Assembly: GCA_054600435.1 (NCBI GenBank)
Contig: BAAIJX010000022.1
Location: forward strand, 248,001-312,000
Source: Neophaeotheca triangularis
Lineage: Eukaryota
Reading direction: 5' to 3'
DNA: 64,000 bases
Positions 35,040 through 47,422 of the stretch are shown piece by piece; the stretch's first letter is position 1, and each line of letters starts with the position of its first letter. The notes below the pieces were generated by a model, which did no database searches, had not been told where the DNA came from, and was given only the letters and a program-made list of their open reading frames with translations. The position numbers and the translations under genes are program-made.

Positions 35040-35786
35040 GTTGTACACTCCGAAGAGTCGAACACAGCGGGGGGGGGGGACTTTCGGCTTTGGTTTCGTT
35101 TGTCTTTTCGCGTTGGTACGATTCCGGTATGTCTTGAATCTCTGCGACTGTGCCCGAATGCGTGAGTCTTGGTGGTTCCTAGTCCAAGCCCGTCGGTGAG
35201 TCGCTTTTGTCCCTCACACCGCGTACATGGAGGCACGGTTCTCCGCTCCGCTTTTCCTTCATATTTTCCTCGCAATCGCAAGTCCGCCATCGCCTCATTC
35301 CTTCGCAAAATCACTCACTCTACATCGATGTATATTTGCTTCTATCGACGGTAGCCACTACTTCCCACTCGCGTTTCTGGAGCTTGGGCACTCCATCACG
35401 TGTCTTTGCTCTGCAAGTCGGACATGAGTGATGGCTTTCCGCAGATACCCCGGGGCGCTGGTATGAGACTGTAGATTCTCAGGGCGGTAGCTAGGAAGGT
35501 CGTGGTATAGGATTCAATCACTGCACGAGCGTTTGTGGAAGTTTGTTTGCGAATCATTCGCTCTGTGTTACACATTTATCCGTGACCATGGAAGAAGTGA
35601 GGAACGACTGACTACAGTACCTATGGAGTCGTATCACTCAAGCGAGACTACAACTAAGAAAGAGACACGGTGGAGCAGCTCGGAAAATGAGGACGGAGGC
35701 TGAAATCGGTACAACCATTCAGTATCATGATTATCTCATCCTGAGTAATTAATACACATTGCAAACCCGTCTTTCCGCCTCTCCAC

Positions 35787-36089
35787 CTACGAGCTATTCC
35801 CCCCCTTCTGCCCCGCTTCCTTAGCCTTCTCGCTGCCAGGCTCGAAAGACCCACCACTGGCTTTGCCGCCCTGGGAGGCGATTTCGGACTACACGACGAA
35901 CCCACGTCAACATGCTGCGAGAAGGACGGGGGAAAGGGAGCGGAGGCTGCGTGCACTTACAACTTTGTCCTTGTCCATGGAAGCGAACCCGCTGTTCTCG
36001 GTGCCGGTCTTCCCGCCCTTGCTCGCGATGTTGGAGACTTCTTCTTGCGGGCGGTTGGCGAAGTTGCCGGGGTTTTGGTTGTCGGTCAT
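35787..36089 (-). CDS. con-10: Conidiation/stress protein Con-10 (KGG repeat), 76 aa; exons 36089-35961, 35888-35787
   Basis: NPGNFANRP.EEV..IASKGG..SGFASMD. Intron 35960-35889 (GTAAGT..TTGAC..TAG) joins SEIASQGGKASGGSFEPGSEKAKEAGQKGGNSS*. Confidence 0.92.
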
Positions 36090-37039
36090 CTTTCTTGTTA
36101 GGTGGGAGTGGAAGGGGAAGGTTGATTGTGCTGGGTGCTGGCTCGCTTGATTGAAACAGGGTTTTGTTTTATTTAGATGTTTGTTGTTGCGGATAGGGAG
36201 GTGATGAGGGAGGCAGCAGTAAGCGGCTACTTATACATGGCTTCGAGCTGGAGCCGTCATCACGTTGCTATATACATGAGACCTCGGAGTCGAGTTGACG
36301 TACGTAGTCGTGATGGTCGAGACGGCTATCAGTGATGTCGTCAATGCTTCCTGCCGTTTCCTACGAAACTGTCTGCTACCTAGGTACCTCCTAGTGAGAG
36401 AGAAACTTGCCCGGGCCAACGTCGTCTTCTCAGACAGCCGATCAAGTTAGGATATGACTTGTGTTTGACATCTGACAGACGGATACCATTGGGCAACGCG
36501 CTACGACGGCGTAAGTGCTCGCATCAGAACCGCAGTCCCGGCGCAGGATCCAGGGCCAAAGGACGATACATTGACGGGAAGACATGGCGAATACGTGGAT
36601 GAGGTTACCGCGAGACCCTTAGGGTCGCGGTGATGGAGGTGACGGAACAGGTTCCTAGTGGTTGGAAACCATGTCATTGTTTGGATCGATCTGAGATGTT
36701 GCGGGGTCGGCAATATATGGTGGCATTCTGGGATGGTGGAAGCGATGGATCTGTCGGATGGAAGTGTCGTGCGGGCTGTCGTTGACGTTGTGATGGAGCC
36801 TAGATCAGAACTCCCGACGACTGTGTGTCATGATGATGCTCATGATGAGTGTCCCTACCTAGGTACTTGCCAGCCATCTCAAATCATACCGAGCACCAAT
36901 GTAGGATATTGTTGTTCGCAGACCCCGAGTATCCATCAAAAGCTCATGAGCCCTTATCCTGGCGGTAGAGGCCGGGAGAAGCCAACGACGCCTTACGGCT
37001 CCATCTACTTGACTAGCAGTTAAAGCACGAGTGAGCCGC

Positions 37040-37205
37040 CAGTGAAGATGCTACCCGAGTGAAGTTCCATTGAAGATGACATTGAAGATGGCACTGAAGT
37101 ACATAGTAGGCATTGAAGTGTGCTTTCAATTCTCCAGCACAGCTTACATTGATACATCCGACGATGACATTGAAGTGGGCATTTGAAGTGGGCATCGAAG
37201 TAGGC
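37040..37205. repeat. Degenerate ~12-bp repeat cluster (CATTGAAG core)
   Basis: CAGTGAAGATG, GAGTGAAG, CATTGAAGATGA, CATTGAAGATGG, CACTGAAG, CATTGAAGTGTG, CATTGAAGTGGG, CATTTGAAGTGGG, CATCGAAGTAGG. Confidence 0.8.
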
Positions 37206-38042
37206 TCTCACCCTCCAACACAAAACGCAGCTCGTTAGAGCGGACAAGGTCGTTAGCCCTTGGACCAAGGAGCCAATGCATCAACCAAGCGTCCACTTGC
37301 TACCGAAAGTACATGGGTTCCGAGAACAGCTTCGCCATCAGACACAATGTCCAGGCTGGCACGTCGTCGATGCTCCACGGTAGCTCACAACTTCTAGAAA
37401 AGAGCTCGGGACTCGATCGACGAGAGGTCGTAGTATAAAGCAACTCAGCATGCAAGTTCCCGTGAAAGGACAAGCCGCACTCGACTGGCAATTCTCTCCT
37501 TGGGTATCGGCTAGCGGCTAGCCACAGTATCCTCTGTCGTTTGCATTTGATCCAAATGGGGAGAGCAAACTCGCCGGATAGCACAAATACTGAAGGATGC
37601 TCTATTAACGGGTCTAGTTTTGCCTAGGTCACAAACGTGTGGTCATACTTAGAGCCCGTAAGAAGCCGGAGTCATCTATTGTTTGTTCTAGCGAGAGTTG
37701 GCCTGCTGTTTCGACACGTATACAACGATATAGTAAGTCGCAAATAACGTAGAACACGGGAACTTTATATCAGGTTATAGATGACAGTTAAAGGTCGTTA
37801 ATTCAGCCATATATAGTGACTATACACTACGGCAGCGTTAGGATATAATCCGCTCTTCTATTATAGCTCTCTTACAACTTTGTATACTATTTAACAATAC
37901 AGACTTCCTACTACAAACACTAACGTAATCCTTGACTTCAAATCACCCTTCGACATTAATCAAGTCACCGAGGATATCCAAGACCAGGTCCTCACCTAAC
38001 AACGACAAGAACCCTACCAACACTCCCGACGACAAAGTCCCA

Positions 38043-38846
38043 ATGGCAGACGAGCAGAAACCCTCGGTCCCCTCAAGCACCGATACGCACTCGGACAATG
38101 AAGCCGCAGCAACTCCCGGCTCTACCTCTGACCCCGTTCCAGATCGGCCCGGCTTGAAGCGCGCCGCAACCACGACCAAGATGATGACCAAAGTCCCGGC
38201 GATCGCCACCTTGACCGGGCCCACGGCCCTGCCGGCTTCAAACGCACAGCTCTCACGCCCTGCGCCAGGCCGAGCCGCTACCACAGCAGCTGCCTTGAAT
38301 CGACCCTCCACAGCGAACAACCCACCCTCCGAAGAGGTTGATGCACTGCGGCAGCGTCCCTCGTTCTTCAGACGCATAACATCAGGCTTCCGCGCCGCAG
38401 AAGGAACAGGACCACAGCAACAGCAGCAGCAGCAGCAGCAGCAGCGCCCGGGTTTCCTCAGACGTCTAACATCAGCCTTTACGGTGGCCGAGGAGCCCGA
38501 ATTCGGGTCAGTGCCGCCTACCAACTACATCGCCTTGGTCCACCGCGGCCCTCTTCTGGCAATCTACAAAGCCGTGCACGAGGAGATAGAGAAAGAATCG
38601 AGAGGAGAAGACGCAATGACGCTGAGCGAGCAAATGCGGGTCACGGGCAGAGAAATGGTGAAGAGATTCCCGGTGCTGGGGCAGGGAGAGGTTCCTTTGG
38701 ACGGCGCCTTCGTTTATGATGTGGTCAAGGAGGCTAGACGCCATCCTTTCAATAGGCCTCCGACGCCTCCATCGCCTGGTCAGTGGACGTGGGCTGAAAA
38801 GCTTGCTTGGGGTGGCGGCTCGCGCATGAATTGGGGACCTTGGTAG
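38043..38846 (+). CDS. Hypothetical protein, disordered N-terminus, Q10 tract, short helical C-terminal domain
   Basis: First ATG (MADEQKP) of a 304-codon open frame with host-like codon usage; CAG run at 38415-38444. Confidence 0.65.
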   Translation: MADEQKPSVPSSTDTHSDNEAAATPGSTSDPVPDRPGLKRAATTTKMMTKVPAIATLTGPTALPASNAQLSRPAPGRAATTAAALNRPSTANNPPSEEVDALRQRPSFFRRITSGFRAAEGTGPQQQQQQQQQQRPGFLRRLTSAFTVAEEPEFGSVPPTNYIALVHRGPLLAIYKAVHEEIEKESRGEDAMTLSEQMRVTGREMVKRFPVLGQGEVPLDGAFVYDVVKEARRHPFNRPPTPPSPGQWTWAEKLAWGGGSRMNWGPW

Positions 38847-41087
38847 AGGGGCGTGTCGACTGATTTTTGGGAAGCACCGTTTGAACGAGACAGGGGCTGA
38901 CTTGGGCGAAGCAAGGAGTGGGAGACTTGTGCGAGACTGTCTTGGTTGGTGAATGGCTCTGGGAGCGTGCGTGTTTCTTTCCTGGTCTGTTTCTTGGGGG
39001 CGCTGTGGGTGCCTACAATGGCGACCAGAGCGTATGCTGAGGCTGTATTCTTCTCTCTTCTCTTGAGTTTAGCGTGTCATTTGGAGAGGCCAGCCGAGAT
39101 GAAGGCGAACCGGGAAAAGCATTTCCCGCATCTGGACTGGCCATCTTAAACCCCTGCCTGTATTTCGGCTTTCTCTTGCCGATGTACGATAGCAAATGTA
39201 TCTATCATTTTCCTGTGAGCCAGAACTTAGAAGCGCCAGTGACCCGGTTTGTCCGTTTTACAGACGATAATGTATAATTCCCTACACCCGGGTTGCTCTT
39301 CCAGATGGTACATAACGGTGCAATGAGTATCACGATTCGACTCTGGTCCGGCGATGTTCGTGACGAATGTATTTCAAGTTTCACATCCTTGTTTGCAATA
39401 CCAAAGGCCAGGTCGGAGAGGTCTGACAGACGAACAACGTTGCAGTAGCGGGAGTTCGCTGCCAACGCGAGGTCGTTCGCGGTTGGGAGACGTGACACGA
39501 AGTCCATCACCGCGGCTTGGCTTTTGTCCTTTTCGTCCCGTCCTCTCCCTTTTTGCGCCTCTGGCATTACGACGCCATCCCTTCCACCACCAGGGCACGT
39601 TATCAAAACGTCCATGGAAGAATGCAACTATCCCTTTGTCGAGACACAAGACACTGTCAAGACACTTTCGGCTAAACATGCGACAATGGCCTTGCATGCC
39701 GATTCCACAGACAGACCCTCCGAGTCGTCCGATACGGGACGCCCTTGTATATGCGCAATAACCGGACAAGTCTGGCCGCCTTTTCTCGGTCCGCCTTGGT
39801 GCTGGTAGTTGTTTGATACTCCCCCCTCCAACAACGTATATTGATACGCCTTAGCCGAGGAGAGCCAAACGCTGAATTGAGTCTACCCACCGCATGCAGC
39901 AACACACCGTGTTGTCTTCAGGCACCCGGCGGTTATATAGACAGGCACCTGGGCAAGCTCTGCTGTGGCTTGCGTCGTGTTACGACTGCAAAGTCTATCT
40001 AGTATTTGCCTCCTAACAATGCGAGCCTCGCGTAATCTGGGAGCGGCAGAGTCGGAGGAGACCATCATGTCGAGAGCCTGGCCTGTACAGATTCGTGGGA
40101 GCGTGGGTACCAGACCGGGTAGGTCACGACTCACCAGGATCTTGGGTCGGTAATCACAGGCCGCTGCAGCCCAGGATCGATTGGGAAGCCTGCTGAAACG
40201 CCTGTCAAGCTGGACTGGGGACCTTTTGCTGCGGCAACGTACCGCATCCCTTCCTTTTCCGGCCTTTACCTCATGCTTGGATAGAAGCATTCTCCCATCC
40301 AGCAAAAGGCACAAGAATAATAAAGACATGTGAGTTGACCGCCAGAAGCAGGTAGCCACGCATCTGAGCAAGCAAGCACTATGTAGGTAGCCATATATCT
40401 CAAAGGTAGGTAGGTACATGTAGGTATTCTTCACCTATGACCTTCTCTCTGCCTCGCTTCGCTCTGTGAAACCATCATCATCTCTCAAGCCTCTTGTCCG
40501 GCTTTCTCCATATCCTGCCACTTCCTACAACCAGGTCGAGAGCATTCGAGCCTGCTGATCTAGTTAGTAAAATCGACGCCTTGGACCGGGTTTGACGTTC
40601 TGACAGCCGTTGCTGGATCCACTGCTTGTACCACAATCACCCGTTTGCTGCCACTGGTACCTTGCATACATGCAGCATACATCCTTGAAAGCTTTTTGAG
40701 ACAACCGAACAAACGACAACTCATCGAAAAGGGAAAAGGGAAAAAGGGAAAACTTGTCGACGCCTCGTGAATGTCGAGACTAGATTAATGGTTTGTGTCC
40801 CCGGCTCCGTCGACCATTTCAAGTCTCGAGACACTTTTGTCCAAAGTAATACAGGGCAGTCAGCTACTTTTATCAGGACCACCTTCACCTCTTCGATATA
40901 CAACTCAATCGGCGACGCACTTTTCCGCATGCTAGGATACGCACATGGTCCACATTCATCATAGAAATATTTTCGCTCACCGGGCACGGTCACCGCTCGT
41001 GGCATTCTTCACCATCTATCTTCTGGCCTTCGTATCTTAGGCTTCGCTTCCTAACCTCAACACACTCCAACAGTAGCAATACACATC

Positions 41088-43604
41088 ATGCCAATCTCAA
41101 GACCAAACAGTATGGGCGTGGATCCGCCAGCATATCTGCCGCCGAGAACGCCTTCCACTTCCTCCCGCCGTTCTAGTTTTGTTGAAGATCCGCCAGCATT
41201 CTTGCCTCCCCGTCGCCCGGTATCTGTTCCCAACTTCGATACGAAGCAATGGTCGTGCCAAGAGCCCCAGCAAGCAGCCAGGTCTGGTGAAGCAGCTCCG
41301 TCCCGGGCGAGATCTTTCCGTAATCCGTCACTGCCCAAGCTTGCAGAAGAAAGTACACACGAGGCTCCTCCGCCTACTCCAGCCGTGCCTGCTCTTCGTT
41401 CGAATTCAACTTTCCTGCCGAGGGCATCGTCGCTTCAGGGCATGGCTCGTCCCAGATTCTCCTCCCGGCAACTGGAAAACCAACACTCTTACGACAATCT
41501 CCACCACGCAGCCCACTCGGAAGAGCCATCAAACACAACTACCCCCACCGCAAGTCTCATGGAAGGCAAAGACGAGCCTGAGGACGACAACGCCAAGAAT
41601 TGGCACACCAATGAAGATTTCTACAAAGCCCTGAAAGACAAGCCCGCACTGTTTTCAACAAGCACGCCCTTCACAAGCAATCTCCCTTCTACAAATAGCG
41701 CACCGGCAATGATGGCGAAACCGAGACCAACGCTTGCAACCTGGAGCAGCCTCGACAACCTCATGGCGCACCGTGAGGCGCGCCAGAGCTGGAGGAGGTC
41801 GACGGCGGCTCTGTCGCTCAACGGAGGAGGGTACGATTCCCAGACGCCCCGCACGCGTCCTACCAGTCTTTTGAATGAGGAGATGCAAGAGCTCAACAAG
41901 GTCAACCAGCATCACACTAACAGCTCCTCGCCTTCGGCAGAGACTGGACCCAACGAGCACGAGTCTTCGAGCGCCGTCAAGGTGGCCTTTCGCTACCCCT
42001 TTTCAGAGCCAGGCTTCTGCTTCACCATCGCCATGACACAGTTCATCGCCGAGTACCTCATCTCCGGCTTCGCGGTCATCCTCCCAGAGCTCGGCGATAG
42101 GGATGAAGGGGGTCTGGGACTATTCTGGCCGGCCTCGCTATTGACGCTTATACTCAGCGCGACGTTGCTGATCTTCGCTCGCCTGTCAGACATGTTTGGC
42201 GGCTATTACTCCCTGCAGTTCGGCACCATCTGGCTCTTCATCTGGACCCTCATTCCTGGCTTCTACCCACAATCCGTTCTCCTGGACGTTTCAAGAGCAA
42301 TGCAAGGTCTGGCGTTGGCGGCGTTCGTGCCGTCGGCCATCGCGATGATGGGGGCTACTTACAGAGAAGGCCGGCGAAAGAATCTAGTCATGTCCATCTA
42401 CAGCTCCTGCGCTCCACTGGGGTTCTTCGCGGGTTTCCTTGCCGGCGGCGCCCTCCCTCGAGATCAGACTGGCTGGTATTTCTGGACAGCGTCAATCCTT
42501 TCCGCCATCACCGCAGTGACGGCTTATCTATGCGTGCCCCGGCACAAGCACACTCCGGACAACGCGGCGATGAAAATGGACTACATCGGCGCCTGCCTCA
42601 TCACCGGCGGCCTCATCCTCCTCTCCTACGGCCTCTCCGTAGTCACATACGTCAACAAAGACAACCCCAGCCGAACGGGCTGGTCATACCCCGAAGTCTA
42701 CATCCCGCTCGCCATCGGCCTCAGCAGCCTCGCCATCGCCTTCTGGTACGAAGGCTGGGTGGCAACCTGCCCGCTCATCCCCTTCGACTTCTTCAAGCCG
42801 CGCAGCGTAAAAGGCTTCTGCCTCGCCTGCCTCTTCTTCTACGCCGCCTTCGGCGTCTGGCTCTACAACTCGGCCGACTTCTTCGCCAGCCCGACCGCCA
42901 CAGGCCACCTCAACGGCATCCAAGGCATCACGCTCGCAGTCTGGTACACACCCACGGCCATCGGCGGCGTCCTCTTCTGCCTCATCGGCGGCATCATCAT
43001 GGACCGCGTGCCCGCCAACCACACCCTCACGGTATCGGCGCTCGCCTGGATCGGGGCGCCGCTGATCCTCGCTCTGGCGCCGCTGCCGCTAAACTACTGG
43101 ACCTCAGTCCTCACCTCGACGCTCTGCGCGACCATCGGCCTCGACCTCACCTTCACCATCTCGCTCATCTTCCTGACGGACGTGCAGCCGCAGAAATACC
43201 AAGGCTTCGCCGGCGCCGTGTGCTCCATCCTCATCAACCTCGCCATGTCCTTCTCCCTCTCCGTCGGCGAGATTCTCTTCAAGAGCGCGCAGGACGGCGT
43301 GGAGATTGATGGGCCCGCCGAGCGGGACTTGGGAGCGCCGCAATTGGCCGCCGTGGGCAATGAGCTGGCCACAAGGTATAATTGGGGTTTTCGGGTTACT
43401 TTCATGTATGCGGCCGCTTCGGCCTTTGTCGGGTTGGTGGTTGTGGTTGTGAATGTGAGGATTCCGAAGCAGACGGGGAAGGCTAGGGTTGAGGAGGAGG
43501 AGGTGGGTAGGGAAGAGGAGGGGATGGAGGAGGAGGGAGCAGGGGTGGATGCAGGGTCTTGTGCTTCGACTTTGGTTGGGCAGCGGGACCGCGCGGTCGT
43601 TTAG
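41088..43604 (+). CDS. MFS drug:H+ antiporter (14-TMS DHA2/Atr1-like) with ~300-aa N-terminal extension
   Basis: Motif A-like FARLSDMFGG, SRAMQGLALAAFVPS, YREGRRKNLVMSIYSSCAPLGFFAG, W..YF, MDYIGA.LI..GLILL.Y, PLIP; many hydrophobic helices. Confidence 0.9.
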   Translation: MPISRPNSMGVDPPAYLPPRTPSTSSRRSSFVEDPPAFLPPRRPVSVPNFDTKQWSCQEPQQAARSGEAAPSRARSFRNPSLPKLAEESTHEAPPPTPAVPALRSNSTFLPRASSLQGMARPRFSSRQLENQHSYDNLHHAAHSEEPSNTTTPTASLMEGKDEPEDDNAKNWHTNEDFYKALKDKPALFSTSTPFTSNLPSTNSAPAMMAKPRPTLATWSSLDNLMAHREARQSWRRSTAALSLNGGGYDSQTPRTRPTSLLNEEMQELNKVNQHHTNSSSPSAETGPNEHESSSAVKVAFRYPFSEPGFCFTIAMTQFIAEYLISGFAVILPELGDRDEGGLGLFWPASLLTLILSATLLIFARLSDMFGGYYSLQFGTIWLFIWTLIPGFYPQSVLLDVSRAMQGLALAAFVPSAIAMMGATYREGRRKNLVMSIYSSCAPLGFFAGFLAGGALPRDQTGWYFWTASILSAITAVTAYLCVPRHKHTPDNAAMKMDYIGACLITGGLILLSYGLSVVTYVNKDNPSRTGWSYPEVYIPLAIGLSSLAIAFWYEGWVATCPLIPFDFFKPRSVKGFCLACLFFYAAFGVWLYNSADFFASPTATGHLNGIQGITLAVWYTPTAIGGVLFCLIGGIIMDRVPANHTLTVSALAWIGAPLILALAPLPLNYWTSVLTSTLCATIGLDLTFTISLIFLTDVQPQKYQGFAGAVCSILINLAMSFSLSVGEILFKSAQDGVEIDGPAERDLGAPQLAAVGNELATRYNWGFRVTFMYAAASAFVGLVVVVVNVRIPKQTGKARVEEEEVGREEEGMEEEGAGVDAGSCASTLVGQRDRAVV

Positions 43605-44233
43605 GAGCTGAGGAGTTGGAGAAGGTGATATTTATCGGGGCTACTTGTCTATAGTCTGAACCCGGGGCTGGGGGTTGGTGGCAGCGGTGATAGAGGAGCG
43701 CTTCACGGCATTCGCATCGAAAAGCATACGGGAGGGTCGCGCGTGCTTTCTTGGAGATGGCAACAGGAGTTTGGAAGCATAGATACCCAGCATCACCATC
43801 ATCGTCATCAGCAGCATCGCGTCCAACTGTCTTTAATTCCATTCCCATCCCACGGATTCTCATCGCAACGCCATCGCCAGTAGCGAGCGGAGAAAACCGA
43901 TTAACAAAAGACTTTTGTATTTCCATATCGAAGCTATGAAAAACTTTTTGCGCCACGTCCACGCTCGCCTCAATTCCCCATCCTCCTTATCATGCTCATC
44001 ATCATCATTATCATCATCATCAGCCCTAGTGTAAGCACTCAGCCTGTCACAACACGGTCTTGCTGCCGCCTTCGAGCCACCCCAAAGCACCCAGGTATTT
44101 CCTTCCAACTCGCATATATACTTTCCACGGAAAGAAAAAGAAAAAAGACTCCAACAACAAGAAGAAAGAAAAAAAAGGTCAACCGACAACAACGCAACAT
44201 CCACACGGTCACACCCTACCCAACCCAAACCGA

Positions 44234-47200
44234 TCAAGTCGGCGTACTAACACCCCCACCCCTGCCCATAGAATACGGCGCGAGAACTTTCTTAGCATTG
44301 ACGATGCGCCAAGCGAGATTGCGCACGCTGCCATCGGCTTGCACGACTTCGGGAGCAAACTCAATGCCAAACATCTGTTGGACGGCGTAGACGACGCGGC
44401 GGGCGAACTTGCCCTCTTGCTCGAGAGCGGTGCCGAATTGCTCGTGGACGTCCGTGGGCGCGACGAGCGGGTCGCGGTCGAAGCAGTTTTGCACGAGTGG
44501 GAGGAGGGCTTGCTCCACGGCGGACGAGGTGGTGGTCGTCGTCGTGCTTGGGGAGGGAGTGGTCGTGTCGAAGAGGTCGTCTTCGGAGAAGCGGTTGATG
44601 CGGATTTCAAAGGGGAGGGAGATGGCCATGACGTTGTGTTTGGCGTCGTGGTGGTAGCGGAATTCGAAAACGCCCTGTGTCCACCATAGCTTGTCGCCGG
44701 AGAATTGCAGCTCGCCGGTTAGGAAATCGGTGGTTTCGCCGTCTTTGCGGGCAGAGGCCGAAACGCGTTGGTCGGCGATGAGGACGCCCGCGTCGGCGTT
44801 GGCGTAGTCGTAGCTGTTTTTGTTGGTCGAGAGCCAGCGGCCTTGCGACGAGACACGTGTGGCTTCGCGGGAGGCGTTGTCCGCTACCATGTAGAGGCCG
44901 ACCCAGTCTTGTTTGCTGTGGTTGAGTGGTGCGGTCCATTTGACTTTGATTGGCGCGCCGTAATCGATGGTTAGACGTTGGAAGTTGTCGGTGCGGGTTT
45001 GTGGGAATTGGGCGCCTTCGCCTTCGCGGCCGCGTTGAAGAGCAGCATCTTTGACTGTGCCGGCTTGGGAGGAGTCGATCTCGAGGGAATAATCTTTGGG
45101 GTCGTAGCCGACGAGGTCGGGGGCGAGTCTGGTGATGCTGACACGGGCTGGGTAGTTTTTGAACAGAGTTTGCGAGTCTTTGACAAAGGTGTTGAAACCG
45201 GCGGCGAGTTTGGGTCGGGCGGCGTCGACAAAGTCTTCGACGAGATCGAAAGTGTCGTCGAGGACTTTGTCCATGCTTCCGGTCCACTTCTTGATAGGCG
45301 AAGGCAGCGAGCGATTGAGGCTCCTCGAGACGCCAGACTGCTCGCGGAGACCTTCGCGGTAAAGCTTTTCCATGTGGGGCTTCTCTACGAATTGGATGAA
45401 GAGGAGTGTGAGAGCATGGCTGAGCAGAGCGAGGAAAAAGATGGCTTTGCTCCAGGTTATGATGGCAGCTCCCCAGACACCAGCAAGACCAATGGTACGT
45501 TCCGGGTTGTTGAGGAAACGGTAGATGCCATCGTAGGTCAACTTGGGCGAGTCTGCAAAGAAGAAGTCCCCAAAGAACCAGCCAAACTCCCCAAGAGACT
45601 CGTGAATGCTGATAACCGTCCAAATCTGCAGGGAGATGAGAGCGGCGCCAAGTACGTGTCGCAGGATCGTCATGCCATACTCCCAGTCGTCAGGCAAGGC
45701 GTACATTTTCCAAGCTGCGCAAATGAAGCTGGCGTAGCACATTGACATGCTGATGTGGTAGATGCCCTTCCATTGCCGCCAAGCTTCCTCGGTGCTCTCG
45801 CCGTACTTGACGAAGTGACGGGTCCAGGATTTCTTGTTCGACTGACGGTTAAGGACGAAACCAATTCCGATCGAATACCAGAGTCGCCAGACAACCGCGG
45901 TAAGAACGAAAAAGGCTTGCCATTTCCAGGTTGAGGGTGTGAGGAGGGCTCCGGAGTATATCATGGCTTGCATCAGAATAACCGAGACATCAGGCACACG
46001 GTGAAAGTCGATGTTTTGGAAGCCAACGAGGTTATGGACGGGCGAGGGTTTTTCGCTGGAAGCCAGAGGTGGGTAGCCGTTGACGTGGCCAGTACTAAGA
46101 AGTCTAGTCGTGTATGGAGGCCGCTCCAAAGCTTCGGGTTTCGAGTCTGGTTGAGACTCGGTCCGCTTCCTAGGTGCTGGGGGAGGGTTGTAAGTCTTCT
46201 CAATGTGAGGGCTCTCGACCAAAGCCAAAAAGGCAAATTGCATGGATTGGGCAATAATGGAGATAAACAGCACTTTGTAGCTGGCCGCCATCATCGAGAT
46301 GCCGTAGTATCCAGCGTACCCTACCGAGTACATGGGGTGTGGGGCCAATTCGAAGACACCGTCAAAGGTGAGCTCCTGATCGGTGAGGTAGAAGAAATCA
46401 CCCCAATACCAAGCAAAGTCTTTGACGACCCTGTGAGCGTCGAGCTTCACCCATAGATTGAAGAGGATCAAAGCAATACCGCAAGCCCAACGAGCAATGG
46501 TCATCAGCATAGCCTCGCCTTCGGGCCGGCCTCCGCAGGCGACGGCGAAGAGACAATACGAGGTAAAGTCGCACATGAGGATCAAGTCAACTACACGCCT
46601 AAACAGCAGCCAAGTGTTGTACTCGAGGGGCGCATCTTGGAACTTGTAGTCCTTCGGGATCTTGGCCTCGAGCTCCTGCTTGAGGAACTTGTACAAAAAG
46701 GGTTGGGTGTTGTTGCCGCTTTCGGGGTTTTCGAAGATTCCGTATCGTTTGGCCAGGCTGGTGAGGCGCTTATGGTGGGATTGGTTGTGGAGCAGCCAGC
46801 CAATGCCGGCGTTGTAGCAGGACCTCCAGAACAGAAATATCACGGCGAAAACGGGCACCTTGAGACTTTGGGGCAGAATGTAGAGCAGGCCACACAGATA
46901 GAGGAGCACGGTCACAATGGCGATATCGGAAGCGTTTTTTGGTTGCGTAGGGTCGAAGAGCTGCGATACCATGTCCTCAGTATGTGGCACGGTGAAGACT
47001 ACATTTGGGTAAGCATTAGCCGGGATTGTTGAAGGCGCTGATGGGAGGGAGGGCCGGGTTTGTAGGCGCGTTGGTGTTGGTGGTGGTGGTGGTGGTGCCG
47101 GTGATGGATGACTTGATCAAGGTCATGGATGGTGAGGACAAAGGAACCGAATCGAGTGTAGTATCTGGTGTCTTGAGCTCGTTTTGTAGTATGGCTGGCT

Positions 47201-47422
47201 ATAGAGTGGGATTGTCTTACCTATGCCATCTGGAGTCCGTCCAAACGTCTTCCTGTCCTTTTCGTCCACGCTCTTCTTACTCTCTTCGGCATTCAACTGT
47301 CTAACTGCATCCTGCGCCGTCTCCACCGACTCAGCCTTTTGAGGCATTTCCGGGGTCTTGGGTAGTCTTTCTCGAACACTGCCGGCATCGATGCCCGACG
47401 TTGTTGCCTGGTCGACGGTCAT
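44234..47422 (-). CDS. CHO2: Phosphatidylethanolamine N-methyltransferase; exons 47422-47221, 46998-44234
   Basis: The 222-nt intron 47220-46999 restores [77 protein letters not shown]. Confidence 0.96.

Noticed and set aside
37040..37205. CRISPR-like array
   Set aside because: Eukaryotic context, units too short and degenerate, no unique spacers of regular length, no cas genes.
39670..39676. GGCTAAA XlnR site upstream of the MFS gene, suggesting an xlnR regulon cluster
   Set aside because: A single heptamer 1.4 kb upstream is not significant; the transporter is not a sugar porter and there are no CAZyme genes in the window.
42530..45745. Long alternative-frame and antisense ORFs over the MFS and CHO2 genes (and similar ones over other genes)
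   Set aside because: Shadow ORFs caused by high GC3 codon bias of the real genes.
46999..47220. 222-nt CHO2 intron as ncRNA host
   Set aside because: C/A-rich with little pairing potential, only a short ATGAC-C-TTGATCAA-GTCAT palindrome, and no snoRNA boxes.
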